Shown here: one piece after another, positions 1-12,867 of the stretch
Layout: each line of letters starts with the position of its first letter
How positions within the stretch are numbered: position 1 is the stretch's first letter
Source of the DNA: Bugula neritina
Lineage: Eukaryota; Animalia; Bryozoa
Reading direction: 5' to 3'
Assembly: GCA_964035545.1 (NCBI GenBank)
Contig: OZ037766.1
Location: forward strand, 16,482,722-16,546,721
DNA length: 64,000 nucleotides
Translations under genes and position numbers: made by a program
The notes under the pieces: model-generated
Told to the model about the DNA's origin: nothing
The model's database searches: none
What the model saw: only the letters and a program-made list of their open reading frames with translations

Positions 1-1435
1 GGTAACTTTTGAAATCGTTACTTAAAGTCTAGTTGCATTTATGTAGTATTAAGATATTCAAGAATCTTTTGGCTAGCAGCTAAATGCAGTTTTAGAGTTG
101 TGTACCCTAGCAATTTGTTTTGTAAAGAGTTTTGTGTGCTTATGATGACATTTTGGTTCATATTGGCAGCATTAGAAAATAATACTGATTATTGCTAACT
201 TTTATTGCTTGTTATTCTTAGCTGCTGCAATACACAGTTTAATAACTAAGATGTTCGTAAAGATTAAAACACGTGCTAAGTAAGAAAATGAATAAAGCTA
301 CCTTGTTACTGATCTTAACAGTCAAAATGACTGCTTATTGAAACAGTGAAATCGAAAAATTTGAAGAGCTTTAACACGAGTGGTCATTCGTAATGACAAA
401 ATTATTTGCATTGTAATAAAAACCTGGTCTAGCTCTGAGAACGGAAAAATGATAATGCACCATAAAATTTAAACTTTGTCATTTTGACCAATATTCTAGA
501 CTAGTATTATAGCTATTAGCTACTGTAAGTATTATAAACATTGAACATCTTCAACACAAATTTTGATTGAGTAATCAAATTTATATTATTGCTATGGCAA
601 CTCTTTTGTACAAGTATAACCACAATGCAAATGTAAGACTAAATACAGGTGACTTCAATCATAATGTAAAAATTCGTGCCAATCAGTTTGAACTTGAACT
701 CGAAACAAATATCAATTAAAATTAAATATGTTAATATTATAATATCTAATTAGCCCCAATAAGAATTTTTTTATTATGCAATAGTATTGACTAAAATAAC
801 ACAACAATTTGAGCTTGCCAGAGTAGTTATGTTTTGTAGTAGAAGATTGTTAGGGTCGTTATTGTCGAATAGTTTGCTACATATACACAATGGCTAATAA
901 CATTTTTAATTTTATCCTGATCATTCTGGTTTATTAGTTGAATACACTATTATATGTATAATTTCTAAGTCAATAAAAAAACATTTGAAAGAGTGTTTAT
1001 CAATATAAAAAAGCAAAGTTATCATGTTTGACAAAACTTCTATTTGCCGAAAGTCTTATGGATACTTTTTGCCTATCTTCTTCACCAGACTGCAATGTTA
1101 CAATGCACCAAATTTCCTTGAAAACCAATTTGTTTGAGTATACAACTCCATAGTAAATTTGAGTTGTAGCCAAGAGATTTTTGTGGATTTCAATGATGTG
1201 TCAATGTTACTAGGAAGCCCTGCTTCAATTGTAATGTGAAATTCAAAGTATGTCATGTTCCCTCCATAAATGCATGATAGAGTTTTCTGGTGCACCTGAT
1301 GTACTCAGTAATGACTCCATTTGCAATTTGTCAACTGAACAGTTAGTTTTACAGTAACAATAATCTCCTTGTTTGAATACTCAATGCTAGTTAAGAGTAT
1401 ACCTGACTGATGAAGCTGGTGGAATCTTTCTGCAG

Positions 1436-2780
1436 GCAGAGTTATGACGTAGAGATATCTGTCAGCCACCCAGGAACTTCTGTGAAGTCTACCAATGTGC
1501 TGGATCTTAAGAATCCTTACTTCCGGTATGGTAATCAGGTGATAGCTCCAAGTCTGCAGGCTAACGAGGTGTCCCCTACCGAACAGTACTACGCTTCCAA
1601 TGGCTACCATACAAACATGGTCAACACCAAGCCACTGCCTGCTCATGAACAGCAAGTGCAGAACCTGGCCAACTTCACAGCCGTCAGTATTAGTGGGGGT
1701 GGTGAGTGTTGCTCCTCTCTTCTCTGCATGTGTTCTCTTGCATACCCTCAGCTATACCTGTCTCGTGGTGTCGTTACTCTAGCAACACTAGAGTATTCTA
1801 TGGTGCGTTTCCATTGTGTTCACATGTTTTAAAATGTGTACACTGAGCTTCATCAGGGTGTTGATGACGAATTCTATCTTCTTTTCATTTGTTAAAATTT
1901 GCTGAAGTTCCGTTTAGTTGATGCAGTAATTAAAATAGTCATCAGTTATTCTTTCCCATCTCACCACTTGTTAGGCTTGTTGGTTATTTTGTCAAATTTT
2001 GATAAAAAAAATTTACTTTTTGAGGCAAAGTAAGTCTGTGGTTGGTGGGCAACCTGCTGTATTGTTTTGTGTCAACAGTACTCAGCATGTGAGTTGAAGA
2101 AGATAATTTCAGTGTTCAGTGTTCTCAGAAAAATGTCTCGTTTTATATGAAACTTGTTTTCTATATTTGTGAGTGTTATATTGTAGGTCCCCCAATAAAC
2201 CCAGGGAGTATTCCTAGTGTAGGGATGAACTCGCATGTCAACTATAGAACTTCCATAGGGGGAGGCCTGGCTCCAACTAACTTTGCACAGGTGCCTAGCA
2301 CTATATATCAATAGTTCTTTCGTACCTTTTTATTTCTTTTTACGAATTTGTTAAAGAGCTACTTCCTATTATTGTTAATATCAGTTTAGGGCTTGCAGTT
2401 GCAAGTCTCTGTGTGTGTGGTGTGATCGTTGAGATTAAACTTGTGTTTTCGTTCCTGGCTGTTTTCTTCTATACATGTCTCACATCAACTTTTACTCTCT
2501 TGTATAACTAATTCCTTTGCTGGAGATCTTGTGCTGCTTTTGAGTAATACCAACTTCAAATTTTCCTATGTTGTAGTATATAATGTATTTGATGAAGTTC
2601 AATAATTTTCTGTACTAATAGTGACAATAACACTAATATTAATGTGTTATATTATTACTACTGCTAATATTACTATTATTGTTACAGCCGGCTATGGCTG
2701 CAGCCAGTATGGGTTTAAGTAACCAGTACATGATCGGAGATTATGTTGCCCACTCATCTACCAATTCCGCTAGACACTGA
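1436..2780 (+). CDS. CARM1: Histone-arginine methyltransferase CARM1/PRMT4, 3'-terminal coding exons (gene is 5'-truncated by the window)
   Basis: Exons are 1436-1701, 2187-2290 and 2688-2780 (TGA 2778-2780), all GT-AG and phase-compatible. RQSYDVEISVSHPGTSVKSTNVLDLKNPYFRY matches the end of the CARM1 catalytic core (RQSYD...SSNLLDLKNPFFRY). The later exons give NPGSIPS...SIGGG and NQYMIGDY, motifs I recall from invertebrate CARM1 C-termini. Confidence 0.88.
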
Positions 2781-3615
2781 GTAAGAAAGTCTTGGAGACT
2801 TGGTGTATTGTACAACATAATCCTTCACATTCTACGCATGCTGGATGTATGCAATGTGTTACACTGCCTAGTATATACTATATATACTGTGCTCGCTGCT
2901 CTGATTAAGGTAGTCTGCTATGCAGAGATCAGATGACATGTTGGAGCATATTAACAACCAGTTTTGGTTAACAATTTCTCTGAAACATTCTTGTTCATGT
3001 AGCGGCACAAGATTTGCGGATAACTTTGTTTTGCATGTCAGAAAACGTCTTGCTTTTTCTCTGATATTATATCAAAATCTTAACATCCTTGTACAGTTCT
3101 AGTCCACCATGTTTTAACTTTGTTTTACTGACTCAATATAATCTTATCTATGCCATAACTGCAAACATATTTTGTTATTTTCACAGCCTGTGTTAATTCA
3201 CTACCAATAAGCAGGTCTGTTTTGTGAAACTAGCCAATGGCAGGCAGCTTCCTTAAATTTGCTATTGACCATAAATAATTTATAAGTAATCAGTTCATCA
3301 AAAGTGATGCGAGATGAGAATTATATATACTAGCTTTTTACCAAAACTAGTACTGTCAGACTAAAGTCCCCCTACATTGTGGAAAATTGAAATATATCTT
3401 GCATGTAGGGGGTTATTGCTGATTCTCCATAATGCTCTAAATCAAATCAAAAACACTGTGCAAGTCTGGACATGTTTGCAATCTACTAAAATGAGGGCGA
3501 TGAGTTATTTGCTCTGGTACCTCATGGTAATATATTATAAACTACTAGAAATATGACAACCTAAGTTTGTTAAAGTAGAGTTGCCCAAGTTATTTGAAGA
3601 CATTGGCAGTTATGA

Positions 3616-3683
3616 TTGCATTAAAAAATAAAACCTACACTTTAAGCATAATTTATTAATAAAGTGTATATATATATATATAA

Positions 3684-3726
<43 letters not shown>

Positions 3727-3780
3727 GTTTGTCAATAAATTATGCTTAAAGTGTAGGTTTTATTATTTTTTTAAATGCAA
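3616..3780. repeat. Foldback palindrome (~48-bp inverted arms) around a (TA)n microsatellite; MITE-like
   Basis: TTGCATTAAAAAATAAAACCTACACTTTAAGCATAATTTATT (from 3616) is the near-perfect reverse complement of AATAAATTATGCTTAAAGTGTAGGTTTTATTATTTTTTTAAATGCAA (to 3780). The centre ~3668-3723 is (TA)n. Confidence 0.8.
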
Positions 3781-5099
3781 ATTAAGCAGTTGCTTTCTAA
3801 GAAAAAGTTTCATTTGATATATTTATTTCAAGTGGCCAATAAAAGTTGGATAAAAAAAATACAGTGGCTTTATTTGCAGTAAAATGTTTTCTAAATTATG
3901 ATTCACCAGAAGGTAGCAACTGAAAATTTGGAGTACATTCTGAAAAGGTTAATAACAACTCTTTAGAGTAGTTATATTAGATGATAATATGCTATGGTTA
4001 CAGTGATCAAGTTCAGTTACAGCGCTTTAACTTTAGGCACTTCTGTTTGGAGTGGCTCAAGTTTTACTTCATTTGTTTGTCATGAGGAGCTCTGATTAAA
4101 GCAAAAAAAGTACAGAGCCTTCACCGATCATTAGGATTTGGGAGTTTTTACTTCATTTTCAACTCTACCATGGCCAATTTTTACCAGCTTAGGGGTTTGT
4201 GTATTAATATGTGCTGCTTGTCTATGGGGTTAGCTCCACTTCTTATCTCAATCTGTAGGGGGGAGTTTAAGACCTCTGGGTATGGGTACTTGTCTAGTGG
4301 TGCTCAGCAGTTCTGGCTTGTAGGTTGAGCATTCACTCGTACATTTTAATACATTCTAATTTATATATTCGAAATATCTTTTTCTCAATTTTATGCTACT
4401 GCATTCCTTCCCATCTACATGTACTCATTTGTATAAATACATTATATAATATTCACACAGGCCCACCTAGATATGTTATACTTCATTTTCCTGTACTAGC
4501 CAAATTAGCTCAATTTACATAGTTGCGCTAGCTTTGTATGGCAGGGGGAATAACTGAATAACTGTTTACTAATGAATTGAAAATTGTGTTGTGGCATCAT
4601 GAATATCAAAGTTAAAACTCTAAAATCATAGGAATTCTCTCTTTCAACAGGTATTTTGTAAACTACACGCGTATAACAGCCCTGAAGTATATTACAATAC
4701 AATTCTAGCGCATTGTATTTTAGTAATAACAGTAAGCAATAAGATAATTATTATTATAAACAGTTTTCCCAAAACAGTTGCCGGTTTGGAGTTATATTAT
4801 AGAGTTACATTCCTAATCTGGAAAATCTCTCGATAGCTTACGATTTGTCCAATTGGACGATCCTTCGGACACTTGTTATTGTAAACTAAATGACTGCCTC
4901 ACTCAGAGAGAGATCATTGCTGTTAAATTTAACACCCCCCTTCACTTTGCAAACCAAAACCGACACTCCTGGTCCTACTATATAACATATCGATATACTT
5001 ATACTTATAGTAAAACCAATTGTATATAATAATAATAATAAAATATATAACTATTATAATTATCACATTACTCATTTGTAACACATCTGCTTTTACATA

Positions 5100-5720
5100 T
5101 TGACATAGTTTTACTAATACTAATAGTAATAGTAATATTGTTACTAATACAGTAATAGTATTAGTATTACTATTGCTATTACTATTAGTATTGGTAAAGC
5201 TGTCAAGTTCAACGTAAAACTAAAAGTATAGCTATGAGTTTAACTAATACTTATACTTATAGTATAACTGTATAAAGTAACTAGGTTAACTATAACTTTA
5301 ACTGTAACTTGAGCCTAAGGTAATGATAATCAAATTCCATTGGTTGCCTGTGCCTAGCCTTATGATAACTGCTTATAGTTATAGTTATGGGTTATGAGTA
5401 TCAGTATGAGACTATCAGTATGCTTATCACTATCAGTATCACTATGACAAATACTAATACTATCAGCATCACTATGATACTACTATCGGTATCACTATGT
5501 CAGTATGTGCTATCGCTAATGCTATGCCATAGCCTAGCCCTATGGCCTATGGGCTGCGAGTATGACTTGAGTGTCAGTATGAGTACGGCTAGTACCTATT
5601 GGCTATTAGTATTAGTATTACTCGATATCCATATTCATTTTTTTGAGTATAACTATATGACTATAAGTATAATTGATTATAAGCCCAACATCATTACTTA
5701 TAGATTATAGCAAAGCTAAA
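5100..5720. repeat. Cryptic hexamer-periodic low-complexity tract (AGTATC/ACTATC/TAGTAT-like)
   Basis: Degenerate 6-bp periodicity is visible directly. Similar tracts occur at ~30300-30440 and ~56310-56573. Confidence 0.6.
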
Positions 5721-6004
5721 TGTAATATAAATATGTATTGATTTTTAGTTATTAGAACATTACTGTTGTCAATGCCTGTTAATGTTAGTACTGCTGCTAC
5801 TGCCGCTACCATCACCACCACCACTACTACCACTAGCAAATAGTTTAATCTTGCTTTTCATTGTAAAGCGAATTTTAATTTATTCAAAATTTAAGTCAGG
5901 ATGCTGTTCGATAATCATCATTGTGATCTAAACATTGATTATGATTATCAATACATTTATAATGATTTTGGTGTCTTAGGGTATGGTGTATGCTGTATGG
6001 TGTC

Positions 6005-6270
6005 CAGTAAAAATGGCCCAGGTAAAAATGGCACAGGTAATAATGGCGCGGGTAATAATGGCACTAGTGGCAAAGTAGGTGAAAATGACACATCTTCAAT
6101 ATTAGGGTTTGGGTTGGGGGTTTGGAATGGGGGGGTTTAGGTTTGGGGATGGTGGTTTGATTTTGGGGTTGGGGTTTAAGGGTTTGGGAAAATTCAACAT
6201 CAGTGTGCCATACCTACATTCCATTTGTGTCATTACTACCTGTGCCATTTTTACTATGCCATTTTTACCT
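6005..6270. mobile_element. Non-autonomous DNA element (MITE/HINE-like) with tandem 15-bp subterminal inverted repeats and a G-rich GGGTT-type core
   Basis: The left arm has 4-5 copies of GGTAA(A/T)AATGGCACA (6005-6092). The right arm has inverted copies TGTGCCATTTTTAC (6226-6270). The core 6104-6188 is runs of GGGTTT/GGGGTT. Confidence 0.6.
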
Positions 6271-6341
6271 AACTAGTCCTATATCTTGAATGTCTAAAAA
6301 TACTCTTTATGCTGAACATTTTGAGAAAGCTTGTGTAAATG

Positions 6342-7580
6342 TAAGGTGCTAGTGGATTCTCAGTGTGGATTCATGAGTGGAAGAAGTACAATAGGCATCG
6401 TTTTCTGCTCGAAGCAAGTGCAAGAGAAGTGCATAGAACAAAATATGGTACTGTACATAGTATTTTTTGACTTCAGTAAGTCTTTGACATTGTGTCTAGA
6501 ACAGGCCTTTGACAGGTCCTTAAAAAGTTTGGCTGTATAGAAAATTTTACCCGAATTATTGAAGCGTTTCATACAGGCATGCAAGCAAATGTGGCAATGA
6601 GCGGTTCCATCTCAAATGATTTTGCAGTAACAAACGGAGTCAAGCAGGGGTGTGTCCTTGTACCAACCTTTTTCTCACTTTACCTGTCAGCCATGCTTGA
6701 AGTTGCCTTTAAAGACAGCCCGCAAGGGGTATACTTAAAAACTAGAAAAGAGGCAGACCTGTTTGATGTAACTCATTTCAAGTCTAAAACTAAAACCACT
6801 ACTGAGTTGGTGAGAGCATTGCTATTTGCCGACGATAGTGCTCTTGTGGCTCATCATTCTGATGATATACAGACTCTAGTCAACAAATTTGCTAATGTTG
6901 CAAAACATTTCAGTCTTAAAATCAACATCAAGAAGATAGAATGCCTCTATCAGCCTTCAAAATGGAACATCTCAGCCAAACACCATAACCATCAAAGGAG
7001 AATCTTTGAAAAAGTGTAAAACCTTCAAATACCTTGAAAGCACAGTGGCTGTCAATGCTAAACTAGATAATGAAATTTCTCTGAGAATAGGAAACGCCAC
7101 TGCAGTATATGGAAAACTGAGGGCCAGCATTTGAACTAATCGTCATGTTTCAATCAAAATCAAGTGCTGCCTTACTATATGATGCTGAGACCTGAAACAT
7201 ATACAGTGTGCAAGCTGACGGACTGCAAGCATATGCCATGCGACACCCGGCGCTCAATCATGGGTATATCTTGGAGGGACAAGATTACTAACCAAAAAAT
7301 ACTAAGGAAGGCTAGTTTGTCATTGTTAAAATTTATTCTCATTCAGATGAACTTGGGATGGCCAGACAACTTCTTTATTTGCAGCTAGAAGAAGGTAAAT
7401 GCAACCAAGGAAGGCCCAGACTGAGATTTAAAGACACTGTAAAGTAAAATATGAAAAAGATAGATATGGACTGAGATAGCTGGCAAGGAAAGGCTAAATG
7501 TAAAGACGGATAGAGATGTTTGATTAAACCAAATTGAAAACAGTTATTCTTGCACCGACAGACTGCTATGATGATGATGA
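6342..7580 (+). mobile_element. 5'-truncated, frameshifted RTE-clade LINE (reverse transcriptase remnant)
   Basis: Broken frames give QCGF..GRST...QEKCIEQN...FFDFSK, GVKQGCVLVPTFF, LLFADD and the C-terminal GKCNQGRPRLRFKDTVK. There is a 3' (ATG)n tail at 7568-7580 and multiple stops/frameshifts. Confidence 0.88.
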
Positions 7581-7989
7581 CAAATGCTGTTTAAAAAGTT
7601 ATTCGAAGTAGTTTAAAGTCTTTTCTTATATCTTGACTCTCCCAAAATACTTTTCATGCTGAAACTTTTGAGAAAGCTTTTTAGTAGTAATGCTATTATG
7701 TTTCTAAAAATATGTTAGGCTAACCGGATAAAACATTTTAGTGCTCAAAGCCTTACATAAAATGTGATGAAATTTTTTTGTTCATGTTATTAGATTGGTA
7801 TAAAATATGTCCAAATTGTAATTGCCTTGAAAAATCAGGACCCTCCCATATTATTATGGGTAACCTTGTTATATGGTCAACATTTTGACATGAAATAAAT
7901 AATTTTGCAGGATGAGGAAGTTCATACACATGTCTCCTAGTAATATGTGTGCTGACCATTATTTGCAGGCTTAGGTTGCTGTAAATAAA

Positions 7990-10900
7990 ATGTCATACCA
8001 GCAAAACTTTGCACCTCCACCTGGTGGTTATCCTCCCCAAGGAGCACCTGCTGGTGGCTATCCTCCACAAGGAGCACCTGCTGGTGGTTATCCTCCCCAA
8101 GGAGTACCTACTGGTGGCTATCCTCCACAAGGAGCACCTGCTGGTGGCTATCCTCCACAAGGAGCACCTGCTGGTGGTTATTCTCCCCAGGGAGCACCTG
8201 CTGGTGGTTATCCTCCCCAAGGAGCACCTGCTGGTGGTTATCCTCCCCAGGGAGCACCTGCTGGCGGTTATCCTCCCCAGGGAGCACCTGCTGGTGGTTA
8301 TCCTCCCCAGGGAGCACCTGCTGGCGGTTATCCTCCCCAGGGAGCACCTGCTGGTCAACCATCTGGTGATGCAGGTGAGTTTAGCTCCCATATGTAATGT
8401 ACCCCATGTGTTTTAGTAAAATATTACCTACTCTCTGCTGCAAATAGTGTTAGTCTTTGTCTTTTTATCTAAACTGTGTTATAACAGTCAGTATGTATTA
8501 TATTACATCTTAAATATTGGCCCTTTCAATAAAAATATTTTTTTCAATGGTATTTCAAACATGAAAATTATCTGTCTGGACATGGTTATAATTGGGCCTA
8601 TTACTTTTAGCAGTATGATTTAAAAGGGCTTTTATATGGGAAGCCATCAAATTTTGAAGTTAAACCAAAATATTTTGATGTAGTATTGTAGTCCGTATTA
8701 TTCTTTTATCCAAAGAAATTAAGAAAGTGTGAAACAAATGGCTTCTTGGTAGCCCAGTGCTTTAGGGACACGCATTTGATGGCTGGAATAGGTTAGACTC
8801 TCAATTGCTTTGAACTTGAATTGATTGGCAACTAGTCTGGCGTTTAATAATTACAGTATTAGCAATTTTATAAATAGTAATAAATCTTCAAATAAATTAA
8901 AATTTCCTACGTATTGAAGCTGTTGTTGTTAACCTGTTTTGTGATTATCTTCATTTAGTAATATGATCTATAAAACAAAAGTTCAAGAAGGAAGCATGTG
9001 TTGATTCACTTACTAAAGTTATTCTCAACTTTATTTACTTTTTATCAATATTTTTATATAGGTAGCTCATTGAAAATTGTTACCCTTGACAATTGTTACC
9101 ATTAGATTTGATTTTACAAAATGCATGTAGCCATTTTGATTACAAATTTAAAGCAAATTATGAAATTTACTATGAACTGTGGAATAGCAGTTTATTCAAA
9201 AAACACTAAGCTAATATAGACCAGTGATTCATCTAGCTGGTAGAGTTTCTTCCTTTCATAATATTGCTACATATTTAGTTACCTAATAACTAACCAAACT
9301 ATTCATTCGGTGACTGTCATAGTGAGTTATTGGCTTTGTGGAGTGGAGACAGGCTATGCTGAAAAACTTTCTATTAATAATTGTGAATCAGATTTGTGGT
9401 TACTAAAAATTGCTTCTACAGCAGTGTAATGGGTATTAATTCCAGTAAACACATAATTTCGAAACTGCTTCCTGTTCTATTTTCCAAGTAAATGTTAAAT
9501 GTGTAGCTTATTCAATGCTAATTCATAGTGCAGAAATTTCCTCATAACATCTCCTGAGTTTATGAAACTCAGTTATACTTGGGGGTCGAAGATCAAACTC
9601 ATTTTGAAAACCGCATGAATGTGAGTTGACAAGTTGAGGTTTGCAATATTTATTTTCACTAGTAAAGTTATTCACTCTACATCTAGCATTGTGAAGGTAA
9701 TAAATTTTGAACATGGAGGATATGACCATAAAACAATGAAGTAGCTAAACCATTTTAACCCTATGCTAGTTTCAGAAACTTTGATGAAATAAATGCATCT
9801 ATGTTTAGAACTAAGCAAAATTGGGTGCCCTTAATCCTGTAGGGAGGACTGTTTTACCAGAAGGTGTTTTTTCATACTGTGGTCTCTCTGCAACTATATT
9901 TTTGATATGCTAATGCATTATGTATATTATAGTTACAAGATGTCTAGCAGCTATGACATGAAAAATGTCTACAAAAAAACCTCATCTTTTTGCTGGTGGT
10001 GTTTATAAAATTGCAGTAAGTTTTTTGGTGGAACATGAAGGTTGTGAAACTGGTGAACATTAAAAAATGGCCATCTGCATAATAATGTTGAGCTCATTTG
10101 CCTTGAAATATGGTACACCTGTGTATTATCCTAGCCGTGTTTTATGGGTTACACTTAGCCTAATTTCCTAGGTCTGTGAGAGTATCCTTATTTTGTCCTG
10201 TAAAATAAAGCATAATTAACTGTACTTTGATTAAAAGTTTCCTTCAAGTAACTGACAATAAGTTTGTATGGTTTTCAGCGTCTGCACCAGAAGAGGTTGA
10301 GAACTACGCACCATCTGATACTACTGGCCTACAGAGCTATGACGGCTATGGACAAGTGGGCTTTCAGGCTGGGGAGTTTTTACCTCCGCCCCCACCTCCA
10401 TCTTATGAGTCTGATGCCCCTCCGCTAATGGAGTTTGGCACGTGAGTAAAGATGATCTTTTTCTGTGATGCTCCAGAAAAGGTTTTTAGGGTTTTCTCTA
10501 AGGATTTTAGGATTAAAATATTTTTGTTGAACATTTCAGTTTCATTAGAAAGGCCTGCTTTGGTACATGTATTATGATATAATGCTGCTTGTTATGTGTA
10601 AGTGCAAATCAAAATGAAAGTGAAACTCAAACTGTAACAAAACGAAGATTAACTTTAACTTTAAAGTAATAACTAATAATAAATCGACAGCCCCAAGCTC
10701 ACTCCAATCTCCACCCACGATCTGCCCAGCAAATCACCTTATTCTCCCTAAATACAAGGACCAGAAAAAACTAATTATATTCAACTTTCAGTCCAACGCT
10801 GCAACACGAATGCTTTGTTCACGGAAACACGAGGAGATGTCCTTCACCCCTGCTGTGCACCTAGCACTCTAACTTGCTATGCCGCTAACGGCATCAGCAT

Positions 10901-12797
10901 ACTTATAGCCCACACTGTTTACACTCCTTACCAATGCCATTGTTGGGCAGGTAGGTGAGACTGGGAAATACAGATATTAATTTTTTAAATCACAAATTTA
11001 ATCTTTTTTATTACAAATTGGAAGTCCACCTATAGTTGGTGTTGAATATGCATTGTGGCATGCCAAATGTTATTGATACTTTTAGTTTTCCTTTAGTGCT
11101 TGCCATTCCTCCCCCCCCCCTCCCCCCAGTCTGTAATCCTCTCTGTTTGTTCTAGAATAATTTCCTGATATTTTCTTGAATTTGAAAAAATGTGTCATCT
11201 CATGTTTGGGAATATTGTAGTGCTGCTAGTATAACTGATGAAGAGGCAAGAGCGGCCATGTTGGAACATGTCTCCCAACACTGCTGCTATGGAAAGGGTG
11301 CTGCTGAGCAAATGACTATCACTAACATTACTCCTTCAAATGCCCTTCACGTTTGTATTATATCTTATTTTCTGTTTTCATATCTCCTATTTGATGTGGC
11401 ATTCCTATTAAAGCCATCCTCATTTGATGTGCGAATTGGTGCTTGGACCGGGTTGCAGGTTGTCAGTAAATTTGGGCGCATGTCATGTCGCATATATAAG
11501 TAAATATTTGCTGCCTTTTATATGATGATCTTTTTCCCTTTTCTCTTTACAAACTAGGTTTGATCTTCTTATGCTCGGAATTTGTTTTACAGTACACATT
11601 AGAGACTTTCTGTGAGGGAAGAACTACAGCTCGTGTTGAAGTTCCTTACTTTGGTGATGCCGTTGACGGGCCGTTTAATGGGCCACCCCCAGCCCCTTGG
11701 AATATTATATGTAATCCTGCCCAGCAGTTTGCTAACAATGCCTACAAATTGCCAGTACCTCACACTGAGGAAGTTAGGGTATGGTTGAAGTAGTTCTTCC
11801 TCCATCTCCTTATATGTTTTAAATCCTGTCAGTTTTGAAGTATTTTTCATGCATAGCTTACCTTATGGTAAATTATCTGCTCCATCTGGTGGTATGCTTA
11901 TACAGGTGTGTGGTATGTGTATTGGCTGTGGGTTTGTAAGATGTCGACAATGTGGCGGGTGTGGCAGGCGTTCTTGCACTTCCTGTGGTGGGCGTGGTCA
12001 TCATGTTCGCCATGAAGATGGTCGTCGTCATCATGAGCGCTGTCATTTTTGCCGTAAGTTCCCATAACCAATCCTTAATAGATGTTTTATGTTGTCTTTT
12101 GTAGTGTTTATATCATCATCTTAGCGTATAACATTGTCTCTGTGTGATGACTTTATGAATTATTCTGTTATCCCTCCTCCCCCAAGTAAGCAATTAGCAA
12201 CTTTGGAGTTGTCATTCTCCAACATTGACATTTAAACTAGGGTAATACTGTACTCATTATTGTATATTTTTCTATTTGCAGACGGTTCTGGGCGGAGTAA
12301 CTGCATGCGTTGCCATGGCAATGGTAGAGTTAAATGCCCCCACTGCAAAGGGGCTGGAAGGGTGAAAAATTTCATTGAGATGACAATTTCTTTGTGAGTT
12401 AATTTATAAACTGTATATAGTGCTAGGGTTTAAATTTGTGGAAATCATATAATTTTAGCTTCATTTTAGCATAGAAAGTTCAGATTGAGCATTACTGATG
12501 CTTGAAATAATATTCATTGGGAAATAGTTCAAATTTTGACAAAATGTTTCATTTACGGACACTACTGTGCATATAATTCACCTCTCTAACTTGTTAAAGT
12601 AGCATAAATTACTATAATGCCCTAATTTTATTTCATATTAAATTGTGTACTAGTCACTCTCATGATAACTTAGTGTAGGCTTACTGTTTTTGCCATTTTT
12701 GTTAGTGAGAATTTTCTAAAGCAGGACCATCTTAGGCTGCTGTGTTTTTGCAATTATGTTACTCGTAGTAGTAGCAGTGGTAGTAGTAGTAGTAGTA

Positions 12798-12867
<70 letters not shown>

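Noticed and set aside
7993-8416. Three additional repeat ORFs overlapping SSUH2 exon 1, or a CRISPR-like array
   Set aside because: They are by-products of a stop-free 30-bp coding minisatellite. There are no unique spacers and the context is eukaryotic.
10633-10923. Possible solo LTR (TGTAAC...TTTACA) in SSUH2 intron 2
   Set aside because: There is no matching TSD and no second copy in the window.
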